Positions 1-15,649 of a stretch of 64,000 bases of DNA are shown here, one piece after another. A program made the position numbers and the translations under genes. Each line of letters starts with the position of its first letter. Position 1 is the first letter of the stretch. The stretch lies in NCBI RefSeq assembly GCF_009914755.1, contig NC_060929.1, one strand, 5' to 3'. The notes below the pieces were generated by a model that was not told where the DNA came from, searched no databases, and saw only the letters and a list, made by a program, of their open reading frames with translations. Origin of the DNA: the human T2T-CHM13v2.0 reference genome, Homo sapiens.

Positions 1-207
1 GCAGACATTTAATACATTTACTAAATCAAAATAAAACAAATAAAAAAATGGTTGGAAACAGCTAAACTTAAAAGGACACTTCTCTCCCCTTCCAGGCATC
101 CATGGATGTGTCCCAAACCAAAGTGATGGAAATAAACCAGATTTCAAACTTGGGATATTCCTGATGATTCCAGGGAAGATAACAAAACCCAGACTTTGGC
201 ATCAGTT

Positions 208-310
208 TTTAGTTCTGGAGTCCAAGGTCAAGGCACCAATAGATTCAGTGTCTGGGGCGGGCCCATTCCTCATAGACAATGGCTTCTATGTGTCCTCATG
301 TGGCGGAAAG
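208..310 (-). mobile_element. ERVL-MaLR (MLT1-type) LTR fragment
   Basis: agttctggagtccaaggtcaaggcacca...tgtcctcatgtggcggaa is typical of MLT1 antisense. Confidence 0.6.
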
Positions 311-418
311 CAGTGATCATTTGCATACTTAATGCCCAGATATTTTCACATGGTAGAAAGCAGTGATCATTTGCATACTTAATGCCCAGATATTTTTCAC
401 ATGGTAGAAAACAGTGAT
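301..418. repeat. Tandem duplication, 50-51-bp unit, ~2.3 copies
   Basis: gaaagcagtgatcatttgcatacttaatgcccagatattttcacatggta is repeated, with a 1-nt indel. Confidence 0.95.
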
Positions 419-567
419 AGTGGGCATTTCCTTTGCTGATTTTGTTGTTCTTGCTAGTTATAATATTTGCTTTCTTTTAAAATGTTGATTATAAGCACTC
501 AGATAATAAACTAGCAAAAAATATATAGGAAGTCTAGAAGGCAATATACTACATTAACTTTTTTATT

Positions 568-920
568 TAGCCTTAAAAAGAAAGGAATTTCTGATATATG
601 CTACAATGTGGATAAACTTTGAGGATATTATATTAGATGAAATGAGCCAGTCACAAAAAGAAAAATACCAGATGATTCCATCTATGTGAAGTATCCAGAG
701 TGGTCAAACTCATAGAAACAGAAAGGAAAATTGTGGTTGCCAGAGACTAGGGAGAGAGAGAAATGGGGATTGTGTTTAATGGGTGCAGAGTTTCAGATTT
801 AAGGCGAGAAAGTGCTGGAGATTGGTTGCCCAGCAATGTGAATACACTCAATACTACTTAACACTTAAAATGGGTTAGGATAAATTTTATGTGTATTTTA
901 TCACTATAAAAAATTTTAAA
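568..920 (+). mobile_element. L1M (L1MB-like) 3' end
   Basis: agccttaaaaagaaaggaatttctgat...gccagtcacaaaaag...cacttaaaatgggttagg...tcactataaaaa. Confidence 0.85.
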
Positions 921-1173
921 AAGAAAGAAGGAAAATATGAGATAAAGAGAGAAGAAAGAGAAAGAAAGAAAAAAGAGAGAGAGAAAAAAAGAAAGAAAGA
1001 GAGAAAGGAAGGGAGGGAGAGCAGGAAAGAAAAGGAAGGAAGGAAGGAAAGAAGGAAGGAAGTGAGGGAAAGAAGGAAGGAAGGGAGGGAGGGAAGGAAA
1101 GAAGGGAGGGAGGGAGGGAAGGAAAAGAGGGAGGGAGGGAGGAAGGAAGGAAGGAAGGAAGGAAGGAAGGAGA
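921..1173 (+). repeat. Polypurine (GAAA/GGAA/GGGA)n tract
   Basis: Almost pure A/G; 7 consecutive GGAA at 1141-1168. Confidence 0.95.
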
Positions 1174-2213
1174 CTGTTACCAGGCTTTGTTTCAGGGCTG
1201 TAAGAGCTTGAAGATTGCGTGGACATTGGAATGAGGGAATACCATGTCCTCTGAAAGTCATGTTTAGCTCTCTGGATCTGTAAAACGTTAGGATTCCTTC
1301 CTCACACTTGCAAAAAATTTAATTATTGAAAAAGGGTTTTATAACATGATTTGCAGCCTCTGTTTTGGGTTTAGACCAAGAGTACTATGAAAGCCTCATA
1401 TAAATACAAGTTTTAACATTTTGGCTAGTTGAGTCTGAGGAAAAAAATGAATTTTTTGGATTCACTTTCAATACAATCTATTTTTCCAGTCTCTAGTTTA
1501 CAGTGTGATTCATTTCAAAAGGGATCTATTTAAGGCAATGGGGCTTTAAGCAGGACTTGCATAAAATGAAGCCGCTGCTTCTAATTCATCATTCAGGAAC
1601 CCAAACTTTGTAATTATGTGGCCAACCATTTACAATCATGACTCAGCCGGTCGTGAATCTAAATAGAATGGCTCACCCACTGCAATTACGTAAGTTCCCC
1701 TTATCAGGCAGGTTGACAGTCCTCATTGCTGGCTTTCTGTCAACTTTTACAGGAGACTTCTCTTTGAGATGTGCAGCTGTACCTCCAGGCTCCCCAGTCA
1801 GCTTGATAACTCCGGCAAGGACAGGGGGGTCACCTGAGGACTGGAATCCTGGGGGTCTCTTCATCTAGGCATGAGGATGAGACTCCAACTGCTCCATCCC
1901 CCTCACACCCCATCACGATACTTGAAGTATAGACATTATTCAGCCACTGCTTTTTGATCTCAAGAGGCCACATCTTCAGTGTGGTATATATCTGAATTAC
2001 GTACTAGTCACTCCTCTTGTGCATTATAGGTTCGTGGCTTTTAAAAAAATTCAGTCACTGGAACTTCAGAAGTAATACGTGCTGCTGGTAAAAATCCAAA
2101 CACTGCCGGAGAATCTAAAGTCAAATTTAAAATGCTCCCCTCCCTCCTTCTAAGTCTACCCCTAATGAGGCATTTTGGTATATTTTCTTCCATACTCTTT
2201 TCTTTTCTTAGGA

Positions 2214-2406
2214 ATGTATGCATGCATGAATGTGTGTATGCATGTGAATGTATCATGCATGACTGTGTATAAGCATGTATGCATGTGCGTATGCATGCAT
2301 GAATGTGTGTATGCACGTATGCATGGGAATGTATGCATGCATGTGTGTGTATGCATGTGTGCATGTGTGTATGCATGTGAATGTATGCATGCATGTGTAT
2401 GCATAT
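2214..2406. repeat. (TGCA/TG/TA)n alternating purine-pyrimidine repeat
   Basis: atgtatgcatgcatgaatgtgtgtatgcatg... directly visible. Confidence 0.95.
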
Positions 2407-3084
2407 CTATTCTTTTTAGGTCAACCGTATCATACTAAACACTGTATTCATTAATTTGATGTTTTTCACTCAGCCATTTTATAGGCATCTTTCAAATATA
2501 TTTTGTCAACCTCATTCTTACAAATTGCCGAATAGCACATGGCACTCAGTCATCCAGGATATGCAGGCAGTTTGCCATTTCAGACCAAGCTGTGACAATC
2601 ACTTATTTGCCTACATTCCTGAGCATTGATTCTTTTATTTCTAACAGATGATGTCCAGAAGTGGTAATGCTAGTCCCAATAATATATGCATTTTTTTTTT
2701 ACCTTTACAGATGACACTTTCATGTTCTTTTTGAACTTTTTTCCTTTTTGGCAAATGTAGTGATCTTGATATGGGCAAATATAGGAAAATTGAGGGCATT
2801 TGTGGGAGTAGAATCTCTTTCGACCCAAACTAATTGATATATGTTCCCAAACACGATGCTAAGGTTTAAGAAAATGCAAGCTATTTAAGACATGATTAAT
2901 CTGCACGTACCTCTAAGTTTCCTGATTCACTGTATGATGTAACTGCTAAACTGCAAGAACTCTTTACTGAGAGTTTAGAGAGGTAAAGAAAGACAAGCAC
3001 TGCGTGGGTAGGTGCTGATAATAATGATGAAGACGATGGTAACAGTAACAGCCTCGGCTGACCTTCATCCAAGATGCGCTTGGC

Positions 3085-3162
3085 TGCTTATGGCTGGTGT
3101 TCATTCTGACCAGTCAGTGCCTATGCTAATCTGGTTGTAAAATATGTTTAATATCACCGCTG
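3085..3162 (-). mobile_element. Short ancient hAT-type MITE fragment
   Basis: Reverse complement cagcggtgatattaaacatattttacaaccag resembles a mammalian hAT terminus. Confidence 0.4.
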
Positions 3163-3204
3163 AAAATAATACCTTCCATTTATTTTAACTGAGCACAATG
3201 ATCT

Positions 3205-3345
3205 CTTTTAAGACTCACAATTCTAGATGGAAGCTATGGTTATCACCTCCATCACCTCAAGCAAACCGAGGCTCAGAGATCAATGTGCTCAAAGCAAGCA
3301 GCTAGGAGGTAATGGGGCTGGGATTTGAGCCTGGGCTGGCTGGCC
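3205..3345 (-). mobile_element. MIR SINE
   Basis: gcaaaccgaggctcagaga...ggggctgggatttgagcc core. Confidence 0.65.
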
Positions 3346-5154
3346 ATATGCTATTGCTTGCTGCAGTGGCATCTGTGTTGGTGTAGGCAGAAAAGACTCC
3401 ACAGTGCAAGGTGACTTAGAGAAAGTATTGACAATCTAATAGGACACCAGGAGGAGAGGAGAGCATCCTAGGCATGGTCTGGGCAAAGCCCCTGAGCTGG
3501 GAATGAGAGAGTGCTGGCCACTGATTTCCTTCTGTCTGAAGACAACTGTGGGCTCTTGGGGATTTTGCCCAAACCTTCCTCCCCAGTCTTGTCACTCCCC
3601 ATTGTTCTTGGCGTTCTGTGTTCAGCCCAGTTGGACTGTAGAACTCACTACTCTACAAACAGGCTTTGACACTTGAGTGTTATAAGTCACCCTGGCTCTC
3701 TTTCCTAATCTGTGTCTGCCCACGTTGGTCACCCTTCTAAGCATATTCAATCCATCATACCCCTCACAGAATCACCTTCATCCTTCAAGGCCAGAAAGGT
3801 GGTCCCTCGCGGAGCTCTCTTGGTCTGATGTTTGCACCTCTCCTAAAGCGCAATTATTTTAAATCTTAGAGCTATTCATGGGCATGGTTTTTGGCACTTA
3901 CTCTACTGTAGGCTCTGTCACTATTCTAGGAACACTCATAGTAGGTAGCACCTAGCACGCACTGCACACGCACAATAACAAACAGTCTGAATATTTTAGA
4001 GTCAAGAAAAAGGTTTTCAAAGGAAATCTTGGGCATCAAATGAAGGATTGAGGCCCAAAATCTTATTACCCATATGATAATTATTGGAAATCATTGTTTA
4101 TCTTGACACAAGTTTGATAGGTGCATGCTTTGGTGAGATTGAGTGAGGCACAGGGTGAATTCAAAGACAGAATTCTATTGCTTCACTAAAGTGGAGTAAT
4201 GGGATGGAGAAGAACGTTATATACTGCTGGGAAGTATTTAGAGGATATATGGTTTGGAGACAGAATATATGGTTAATGAGGAAAGTTGGGCAGAGAGATG
4301 GCCTCAAGGCAGGAGGTGCAGCAGAATCAAAGGCTGGATTCAGAAGTGGGCTGGAAAGAAAAGGGAGGATGGAGGCAAAGGCAGCTTGAAGGATCTCAGA
4401 CTAGAGATGTTGGGTTTAGAGAAAGGAGGAAGATTAACAACTGAATTTCCTAATTTTTGTGCTTTTAAAGCTCTGGCTGCCCCCCACTTGGCATTGTGCA
4501 AAGACGTATAAAGTTACACATCTCTGGAAAGTTCCTTTTGGACAAAGTTTGTGAAAAATACATTATTATTATGTTAAAATCACACATATATTAGAAGCAG
4601 GAAATGTTAATATAAAAAAGTAAACTACCAACAATTTCATTTTAGAGTTGGGTTTTTCTGTGTTCCAAACTCAGACTACCCAGGCTATAAACTCACTGTA
4701 TCTGCTGTAAGGACCTAGTGGGGGCAGTGTTTGAGAAACACTATGCTGAGGTCAAGATGCTGCTGAGAGGTCAGGTGAACATGTCCAGAGTCAGGGAAAT
4801 ATGGGAGGTAGCAAGAGGCCGCCTGTACAAGCCCCTTTCCCAAGGCGGGGGGCAGAAGAGACTTCCCCAAATAAAATCCCCACATGCTGTGCCTGTCTAG
4901 ACATCAGTATCTCGGAGAACTTGAGCACACCATTTTTTTTTTTTTTTTGAGTTTCCCCAAGTCTCATCTTGCTAGGAAAGGAGGTCTAATTCCTTCTACA
5001 ATTCCTCACGTTTATTCCTAATGCATTCAGTCATTCAACAGATATTTATTTAATTCCTGATGCGTCTGGCATGGTCTGAATGGCGTCTTTAACTTGCTTA
5101 CTTTCTTCTGAAAGTCTCTTATCATCTCTATATTGCTCATAAAACGAGGACCTC

Positions 5155-5572
<418 letters not shown>

Positions 5573-6154
5573 TTAGAAATGAACTCTCCCTTTCCTTGTT
5601 CAGGATGTAGGACTTCATCCGGGAAGGCTAAGGCTGTATTGGCCTGCAGGGAACCCCCTCTCACTATGTACTTACTGTAGATTTGAAATCCCAGATTATT
5701 TTCCTGCTACTCCTGCAGACTCATATCTTCCTATCCATACCTACTCTTTTGGAGAGTTGGAGCTCTGATTTACCCACATAAAGGTTCATCCCGCTAGTCC
5801 AGGCTGTGGTTAAGATTGCGGTTTCTTCCTGATGTGATCCCTTGGATCCTGACGGGGATATGAGATGTATTTGTTCACACCACGGGCTGCTGAGCTGGCC
5901 TTGCACCTCCACATCCCTGGACAGGCTTGGTGAAAGACAGTGGGTAAGATGAACAGGGAGCATAGTCAGATTTATCTTCTTTCTCCTAAACTTTAACTCT
6001 CTATAGGAAACTTTGCTTTTCAGTGAACTTAGAACACAACTATTACAAACAGATTCTGTGTATTCTACTAGTAACAATGGGAATGGTTAAAAGTGCTGCT
6101 AGCAAAAAGTATGCAGTGAGCTCACTGTGAATTTTTATGGGGACAGTGACTTCT

Positions 6155-6495
6155 TTTTAAAAACCAACTAATTTTTAATTGACAATAAAACATTATATAA
6201 ATTGATGGTATACAATATAATGTTTTGATATCTGCATACATTGTGGACTGGCTAACTCAAGTTAGTTAACATATATGGATTACCTCACATTTTTCTGTGG
6301 AGAGAACACTTAAAATTGACTCTCTTAGCAATTTTCAAGTATATATTGCTAGTAACTATAGTCCCCGTGTTGTACAATAGACGTCTTGAATGGATTCCTC
6401 CTCTAACTAAAGTTTTGTGTCTTTCTCCCTACTCCCCCTGCTCCCCAACCTCTGCAACCCCCATTTTCCTGTTTCTATGGGTTTGCCTTTTTTAA
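6155..6495 (-). mobile_element. L1MA-type 3' end
   Basis: gatggtatacaatataatgttttgata...gaacacttaaaattgactctcttagcaattttcaag; degenerate TSD gacagtgactt/gacaatgactt. Confidence 0.85.
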
Positions 6496-6571
6496 GAGAC
6501 AATGACTTTCTGTTAAGGCTGTAGATACAACACTGGTGAAATGTGTTATTTCACAAATGACTGACTCTAAC

Positions 6572-6589
6572 GTGTGTGTGTGTGTGTGT
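6572..6589. repeat. (GT)n microsatellite
   Basis: gtgtgtgtgtgtgtgtgt. Confidence 0.9.
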
Positions 6590-9500
6590 AAATAAATAAA
6601 ATTTGATTTTTTATCTGAGCAAATTTTTGTTCATTACCCAAAAGAGGAGTTTTTTAGGTTCAGGGAGAGCAAAATAAAGTTCCTTGATATGTTAATTTAT
6701 AGTTCCTCTCTGTCTTTGCTCCTGGCCTTCAGGAGGGTGTCAGTAAATGGCAGCCAATGAATTGCCAGACAATCCTGCCTTCCAATGCTGGGAGACTGGC
6801 ATAGCAGGAATGGCAGCAGGTAAAGGGACCGTCAGGAAGCTGGTGGATCCTGGACAAACATACCCGAGACTCAGTTTCCCCAGTGGCCTCCTTGTCTATG
6901 TCATAATGTTGTAGTGAGAAGCAAATAACACATTCAGTGTGAAAGTACTTTACAAACTGGAACCTGCTGTTCAAATGTCAAGCGTTATCATTTAGTAACT
7001 CCAGGATTACCCAAATTTACACTGAGACATCACCCCTCACATGATTAACACCTTGGTTCACACAAGAGCACTTTAAATGGTTGATAGGTTCAGGTCAGGT
7101 AATACAGAAGAAGAAAAATTCAAATAGAGAACAAAAAGAAATTGGTCATTGAAAAAAACAAAATTACAGTGTTTGAACGTAGAGATGAGCCAGCCATAAG
7201 AAGCCCTTGGATTAGTAAGTTTATGGTGTCAGGAAATTGACTGCTGGAAGGTGTTTTCAATGATATTTCATTGAGACAAAGAGGAAGAGCATTGTTAGTC
7301 AGGACATAGCTAGGCTTGATAGTTTCCTTCCTGATGCTGAAATAGACTCTACTGTTTTCTCTTTGCTTTGTACTTGTTGGTGTATCGTCCCCAAAGCTCA
7401 CTAATTTAGTTCACTCTTTCACTATGTGTCCCTGAAACATCTACACAGACCTTCAACAACCAAAGCGCTTGCACAGCAAAGGAGTCGGATGAAAGGGGAT
7501 AAGCAGAGGGTCAATGTAAACAAGGGCAGAGAGCCGAAGCCACCACCTAAAAACTGATCAGAGCCACAGGAGTGGTCACCGGCAGGCCACTGGCACCAGT
7601 TTTCTTTCAGTGTTTGCTCAGATGGCATGCAGTGATTGTCTGTTCCTGTACCTATTCTCTTTGATTCTCTAGACCCTGAGTCCATGAGGAAGGCACAGGA
7701 AAAGCACATATCCAATCCAAACAGTGAAAGGTGTCATTTAGGCGTGTTTCTCCCCTCTTTAACTTCAGGGAGAATGGAAGAAAAGTGGGACAGATTGAAT
7801 GATAAATATACTCACAAAGTAAATGACTTTCTCAGGACACATATCATATTTGGACAAGTTTTGTTGGCCCCAAGCTAAATGACAGCATAAGGATCTCATT
7901 GTGTTTTTCATTTTATTGACTTTAATTGGCTCACAAGTTTGACAATTTACTGCTGTAATCAGTATTATTTTTTAAAGCCAATAGTCTTAACAGTTAAGTT
8001 TGCCCAAACTCACCCAGCTCAACTTCACAAATTTTAAGATACAAGCATATATATTTTTTGACAGTTTCTAGTACCAAGTCCACAGTGTGGCCATAATAAG
8101 ATATAGTAGAGCAATAACATATAAAAAGGTTCTTTATAAATGGAGCTTTCAGAAGTTCATAAAACAGTTGAAAATGAGCCAAAAGTTTTTACACTATGGA
8201 GAAAGTGAGAGATTGCTCAAAAAATGCATTTCAGCATAAATTGGTGGACGTAAATGAGTGGACCACAAAATCTTAGTCATTTGTCCTATTTGCAAAGGGG
8301 CTATAATTTGTCTGCTAGTTATTTTAATGAATATCCTTTGTATTTGCTTGGATTTCTGGTTTCCTCCCCAATCTGTGTGCAGATGACGGTATTTTTAAAG
8401 TAAAGGCCCATGTATAAAAGGTGCAGTGGTTAAATGTGGGAAAGGCCATCTCAGTCTTCCAACCCTTTCTCTTTACCCACAACTCCAAATCTTAGATTTG
8501 AAGGTGCCTCTGGTGGTAACTCAGAACCTACAGAAATCGTAGAGACATTTAAAGGAGCTCTTCTTGACCAGGGAGGTGCCTGGCTTTCTGGGCAGCTACT
8601 TGAGTTCCCAAAGACATCATTGAAATATTTGGAAATGCCCCTGCCAAAATATCCCAGCCATCTGATTTGGCCTAAGCAATGTATAGTTTCTGTATTTTAG
8701 TTTAGTTTCAATTCAGTACTTAGTTGTTTCCTTGCTTGGGAAGAATTCTAGAAGAGGCAATTGTCCATCGTTGGCTGGTTTTACTTCCCTTTGTTTTTGA
8801 AAGGCTCTGTTTTTTTTTTTATGTGGGATCAAAATAATATTAGGAGGTAAATTTGGAGGATGACATTTCTTTAGATGATGTGAAAAACAATTCAGCCTTA
8901 CCACTTTCATGTGCTAGTAGGGCTGACATAGAGAGTGGAAAGAAAATGTCATAGACATCTCCTATACAAGAAGTAATCTGATCATTGGCAAACATGACAG
9001 GTTGCTGAGAGGAGAGCGAGCCTTCTTTCAAATGCTTGCAGATGCTCACTGGAAAGAGATGACGGCAGAGTTAAGCTTCCTTTGCCTGTACTCTATTTCA
9101 TGTCGTGTTATTAATACATTGTCTTCCAAGGGGACCAAATGAGACCTACTAGTCTTACTCTGAACTGGAGTCTAGCTTTACATCCTTGTCTGGAATAAGG
9201 GCTGATAAACAAAAACATGTGTAATCTGCTTTTCTGGGGACCCTAGAAGAGAGAGAGGTGTGTGCTTCTCTGAGGACAAGAGAAGGAATGAGCACAGTCT
9301 CTGAAGAGACAGAACTCTTAGGATTTATCATGGTGTGGGATCAGCCACATTTTTATCAACTCAAAGATCTCAATTAGGTTAGCTGATGAGGAAAAGATAC
9401 TTTCTGCACAGCTGTTTGATTTTTCATCATTTGACAAGACCTGCAAAAAATTACTTTTATCAATATACAAGGAGCATATAGTAGCTCGTTGTTCAGCTGA

Positions 9501-9611
9501 AGTGGCCAGTGGCCAACATGGTGAGGCGTGAGGCATCCTCCTGATCCCAAGCCTCCTGTCTGGCCCAGAACAGCTCTGCAATTACCCTCGTTCTCACTCC
9601 CTTGGGATAAG

Positions 9612-9790
9612 TAGTGATTTCCAAACCCTGGCTATACTTAGAGTCATCTGGAGGGGATTTAAAAAAAATACTGATATCTGGGTTCCACTCCAGACCTACA
9701 AAATCAGAATATTTATGGGTGGGGCCTGGGCATTTGGTATTTTTTAAAGTGCTCCAGGTGATTCTAGTGTTCAGGTACCAGAGAACTAGA
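9612..9790. mobile_element. MER5-family hAT-Charlie DNA transposon
   Basis: tagtgatttccaaac...aatcagaat...ggtggggcctgggcat...ctccaggtgattcta...gagaactag. Confidence 0.8.
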
Positions 9791-9889
9791 GGGCGAGGAC
9801 TATTCAGTGACTCCATCTCTTCTGTTAAACAGAGAGGTTTTCTGGCAGAGGGAACACATGACATCACCATAAGTCATCAAGACCATTTA

Positions 9890-10184
<295 letters not shown>

Positions 10185-11046
10185 ATTTACACCTTTGCTG
10201 GAAGCATCTGGCAGGAGATGAGTCTAGTGTTGGAATAGGTGGGTTGACACTGATGAGAAGTGAGGAGGAAAATGCCAATGACTCTGGGATGTCAGAGGGC
10301 CTAGAAAACTAAGGTGAAAATCATGCCAAAGGAGGTTTGAAAAAAGAGAATGAGAAGGCACAGGAAGACAAAATTAATTTAGTTTCCAATTTTGCCAGGG
10401 CCAATCAATTACTGGAACAGCAGGTGGTGGGTGAGGGATGCAGAGAAGGGAATTAACTTAGAACTTTCCAGTTTGGAGGTCAGATGGTGTAATTCATTAT
10501 GGAAGCTGAAAAGGACATGGGCAAATTTTTACCCTCAAAATATTTTTGGCTGCAGGCACACCTTCCGGGGAAACCCCCCAGGATCTTTATGTTCAAGGGA
10601 ATGAGCAGTCATTATTAGTCTGCTGTAGTCCAGGACCAAGAATTCCCTTTTGGAACGTGGCTCTCAATTTTACACTTTTGTGTAGCTAACTCAACCTTTC
10701 CATGAGTAATTCAATGCAGGTTGACAATTTATTTCCTAAAATATAACAGTGCCCCATTGTCATGCCCGGTTGAAGTGAGGGTCTCTGTGGATCCTGCTAA
10801 TAGTTGAAAAATCACAAACAGCCATCGTAAGCAGCATGAGGCAAAAAGCAAAAACCAAAAGTGTCTCTCCTGATGAGAAATTTTTGGAAGTCAGGGCTGT
10901 GCATGTCAATAGTATGGTTGTTGGTAGAAAAATTTTCTTTAGTTAATATAAACTCAATTAGTCCTTGGTTTTAATTTGCTTTTATTTATTTTTATCAAAA
11001 TATAGGTTAGGCCATGGAAAACAGTGATTTAAAGATGTATTTTTCA

Positions 11047-11142
11047 TCACCTGAGCCCAAGAAGTTGAGGCTGCAGTGAGTTGTCGAGTGACACTGCACT
11101 CCAGCATGGGTGACAGAGTGAGACCCTGTCTCAAAAACAAAA
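11047..11142 (+). mobile_element. 5'-truncated AluJ/FRAM right-arm fragment
   Basis: tgagcccaagaagttgaggctgcagtgag...gagaccctgtctcaaaaa. Confidence 0.85.
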
Positions 11143-13103
11143 AGATGATGCATGTAAAAGAAATTACCATCTCTGAAATCTGAATGTCTTAAAATAGGTA
11201 GGGTTTTATATTAGGAGAAATAAGGTTGCTCTCCCAGGCTTTACCAATCTCCTCTTTCCTCCATGTTCACGACCCATTATTTCCAAAAGCTGTGACATTT
11301 CCTGTATATTGGCTTATCCCTCATGGCAGCGTTTCTCAGATGCATGAATGCTTGACTCTACTCCTCAGAGAATAGCAGCTGCCTGGGGTCCTGGGCTTTG
11401 TCTAGATATACTCCCTATCACTCAGTCTTTAAACCAAGTGCCACTGAGGAGACTCCCTGGATGTTCCCAGGTAACATCAGGGAGAGAACTGAATGGCTTT
11501 GTCATGGAAATTCTCCTCAAAGCATGTGGTTGACCTATTTTTGTATTCCAGAAACACTTTTCTATGCTTCAGTTCAAAAGCTTAGAATTCTGTTAATGCT
11601 CAGCTTGTAGCTCTAACAGCTCTAACAGGCTTACTTGGGAAAACTCCCCCCGAAGCAGAAATCCTTCCCCAGCATCTGTCATCACCAGCTTCTGCTTGGT
11701 CCTCATGATGGGAACCTGATGCTTGCTGAGACAGTCTGTCCACTATTTGATAGAAAGTTCTGCCTAAGAAAATTCCCACAATATTCAGTCCAAGAGGACC
11801 CCAACTGATCCCGAGTTCTTCAGGCTCCCAGGGGCCATTCCTGCTTGCAGTAAGCGAATGCCCAGAATCCAAGGCTCCATCTCGCATGACTGCAAGAGTC
11901 TAGTCCCTTCCCGAGGAATCCCGGGAGTGCTCACCTGTTGCCTTCCCTCCTCACTCCTGCTCCACATGCCTACTTTCAGATATATTTGCCATAGTCCATG
12001 CACCATCTTGGTGCACTTCTCCGTGCTGGTGGAGCTCTCATGGTCTCATAACTCCTCATGTCTGAACTCACACTTGACTCCTCTCTTAATCCCCAAGGCA
12101 TAGCACCATCGACACAGTGGTGTTTAAAATACCTTAATGAAGATCTGACAGTAATGTAAGGGAATTAGCATTCAGGAAAGGACAACTTTAATTTGAAGGC
12201 AGTGGCTCATGACACCCCATCAGGCCCATGTGGCTGTCTCCCTCCTTAGGCTGTGTGTGCGAACATTTTGCTGGGCCCATCTTTCCTATTTAGCATCCAC
12301 TTTGTCATTTCCTCTTCTCCAGCAAGTCCCAGGGGCTCCAGTTACCCCTCTCTGCCGTTCCACCCATCTCCATTATAAAAAAATCTCTCAAAGATGCCCA
12401 TGATGAAAATAGCCTTTTCTATTAATGTGATGAAAATTTAACATCTCAGTTTTAAGCATTTACATTGGGAATACTTCCCAAAGTTCAAGGACAACAAAAA
12501 GCTTCTTGTTTTAAAACTTTCAGAATGTAATTACTCACAAAAGTGAAATAGAGTCTTTCCCAAGGGCAAACTCACCCTTTACCTTTAGAGGCATAGGGCA
12601 TATATTTCTGGCATTCTAACAAATAGCAGTTTGTTCCCAATTCAGACTGTCAAAAGTTTGGAAACACTGTGGTTCAGTCACAGAGCCTGCTACTATGAAG
12701 TTTACAAATGCATACCAACTACAGGTGTGTGAACATACAGGTTGCACAGGCAAATGAAGACATAAAACAAGTGTAATGCCATTGCGGCGAAATTTGGAGT
12801 GCATACTGTCTAACATTTCCTTTTACAATATCTAAAAATTAAATATTACATTAAAATGAAAGGAAACTCATTTTAACCTGAAATCTTCCCAATATTTGCT
12901 TCCTCTGATTCTAGTTTTTTCCTATGAAATTAGGATTAGAACAAATCTAATCTCTTCAACATCATTCAAATATGAAGAATGCACTCTTGTCTCATCAAGT
13001 CTTCCCAAAATTTTTAAAAAGAAATTTAACCTTATGCTGTCATGTAGGTTTAGCATGAGATGTAGTATTTAATATCTTGATCATTAATTAAGAAAATGGA
13101 ACC

Positions 13104-15062
<1,959 letters not shown>

Positions 15063-15649
15063 CTGAAGTAGGCCAAATTAGGATTTGAGGATAATCAGAG
15101 CCTTCAAGTTGGGGTCATCCATTCTAGCCTCCAGTTTATTGATATTTCTTTCACAGTGTCCTTGAAAATAGGATGTTTTGTTAAAAAAATTTAAAGATAT
15201 ATTTTCAGAATAATTCCATTGTAATCTGTAATGCAGTGGCAGATATCTCAAGTAAATGGAGGTCAAATGTTTAAAAACACAGTGTCATTTGAAAAGATGC
15301 TGAAGTTCATTTACTGATATAAATGATCAAAATGGCAATTTTACAGTGTTGGTCCTTTAACCTTAATTTGAGGAAATGGAAGAATAAATTTGTGTTGTCC
15401 ATAGTAGGTACCACCCTTTTATCCTTAAATGCTGACAAAGGAAAAAAGTGATACCTGAAGTATAGCTTAGTAAAAGTTATTGTAGGATTTCATATTATTT
15501 TTAAGTACTTGTAATTTGTAAGTAAAAGATTTTGATTTTTCTTACCTTCAAAAAAGCATGTAACTCCATCAATCAGGTAAATACACAATATAGAGTGATG
15601 GCATGGATTATTTATACATTTGCTGCTTAATTTCTTAAATTACAGAATT

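Noticed and set aside
858-1261. Three 106-124 aa ORFs (PSFL-rich and KERG-rich)
   Set aside because: They are translations of the GGAA/GAAA simple repeat.
2041-2438. His/Cys-rich ORFs resembling metal-binding peptides
   Set aside because: Artefacts of the (TGCA/TG)n repeat.
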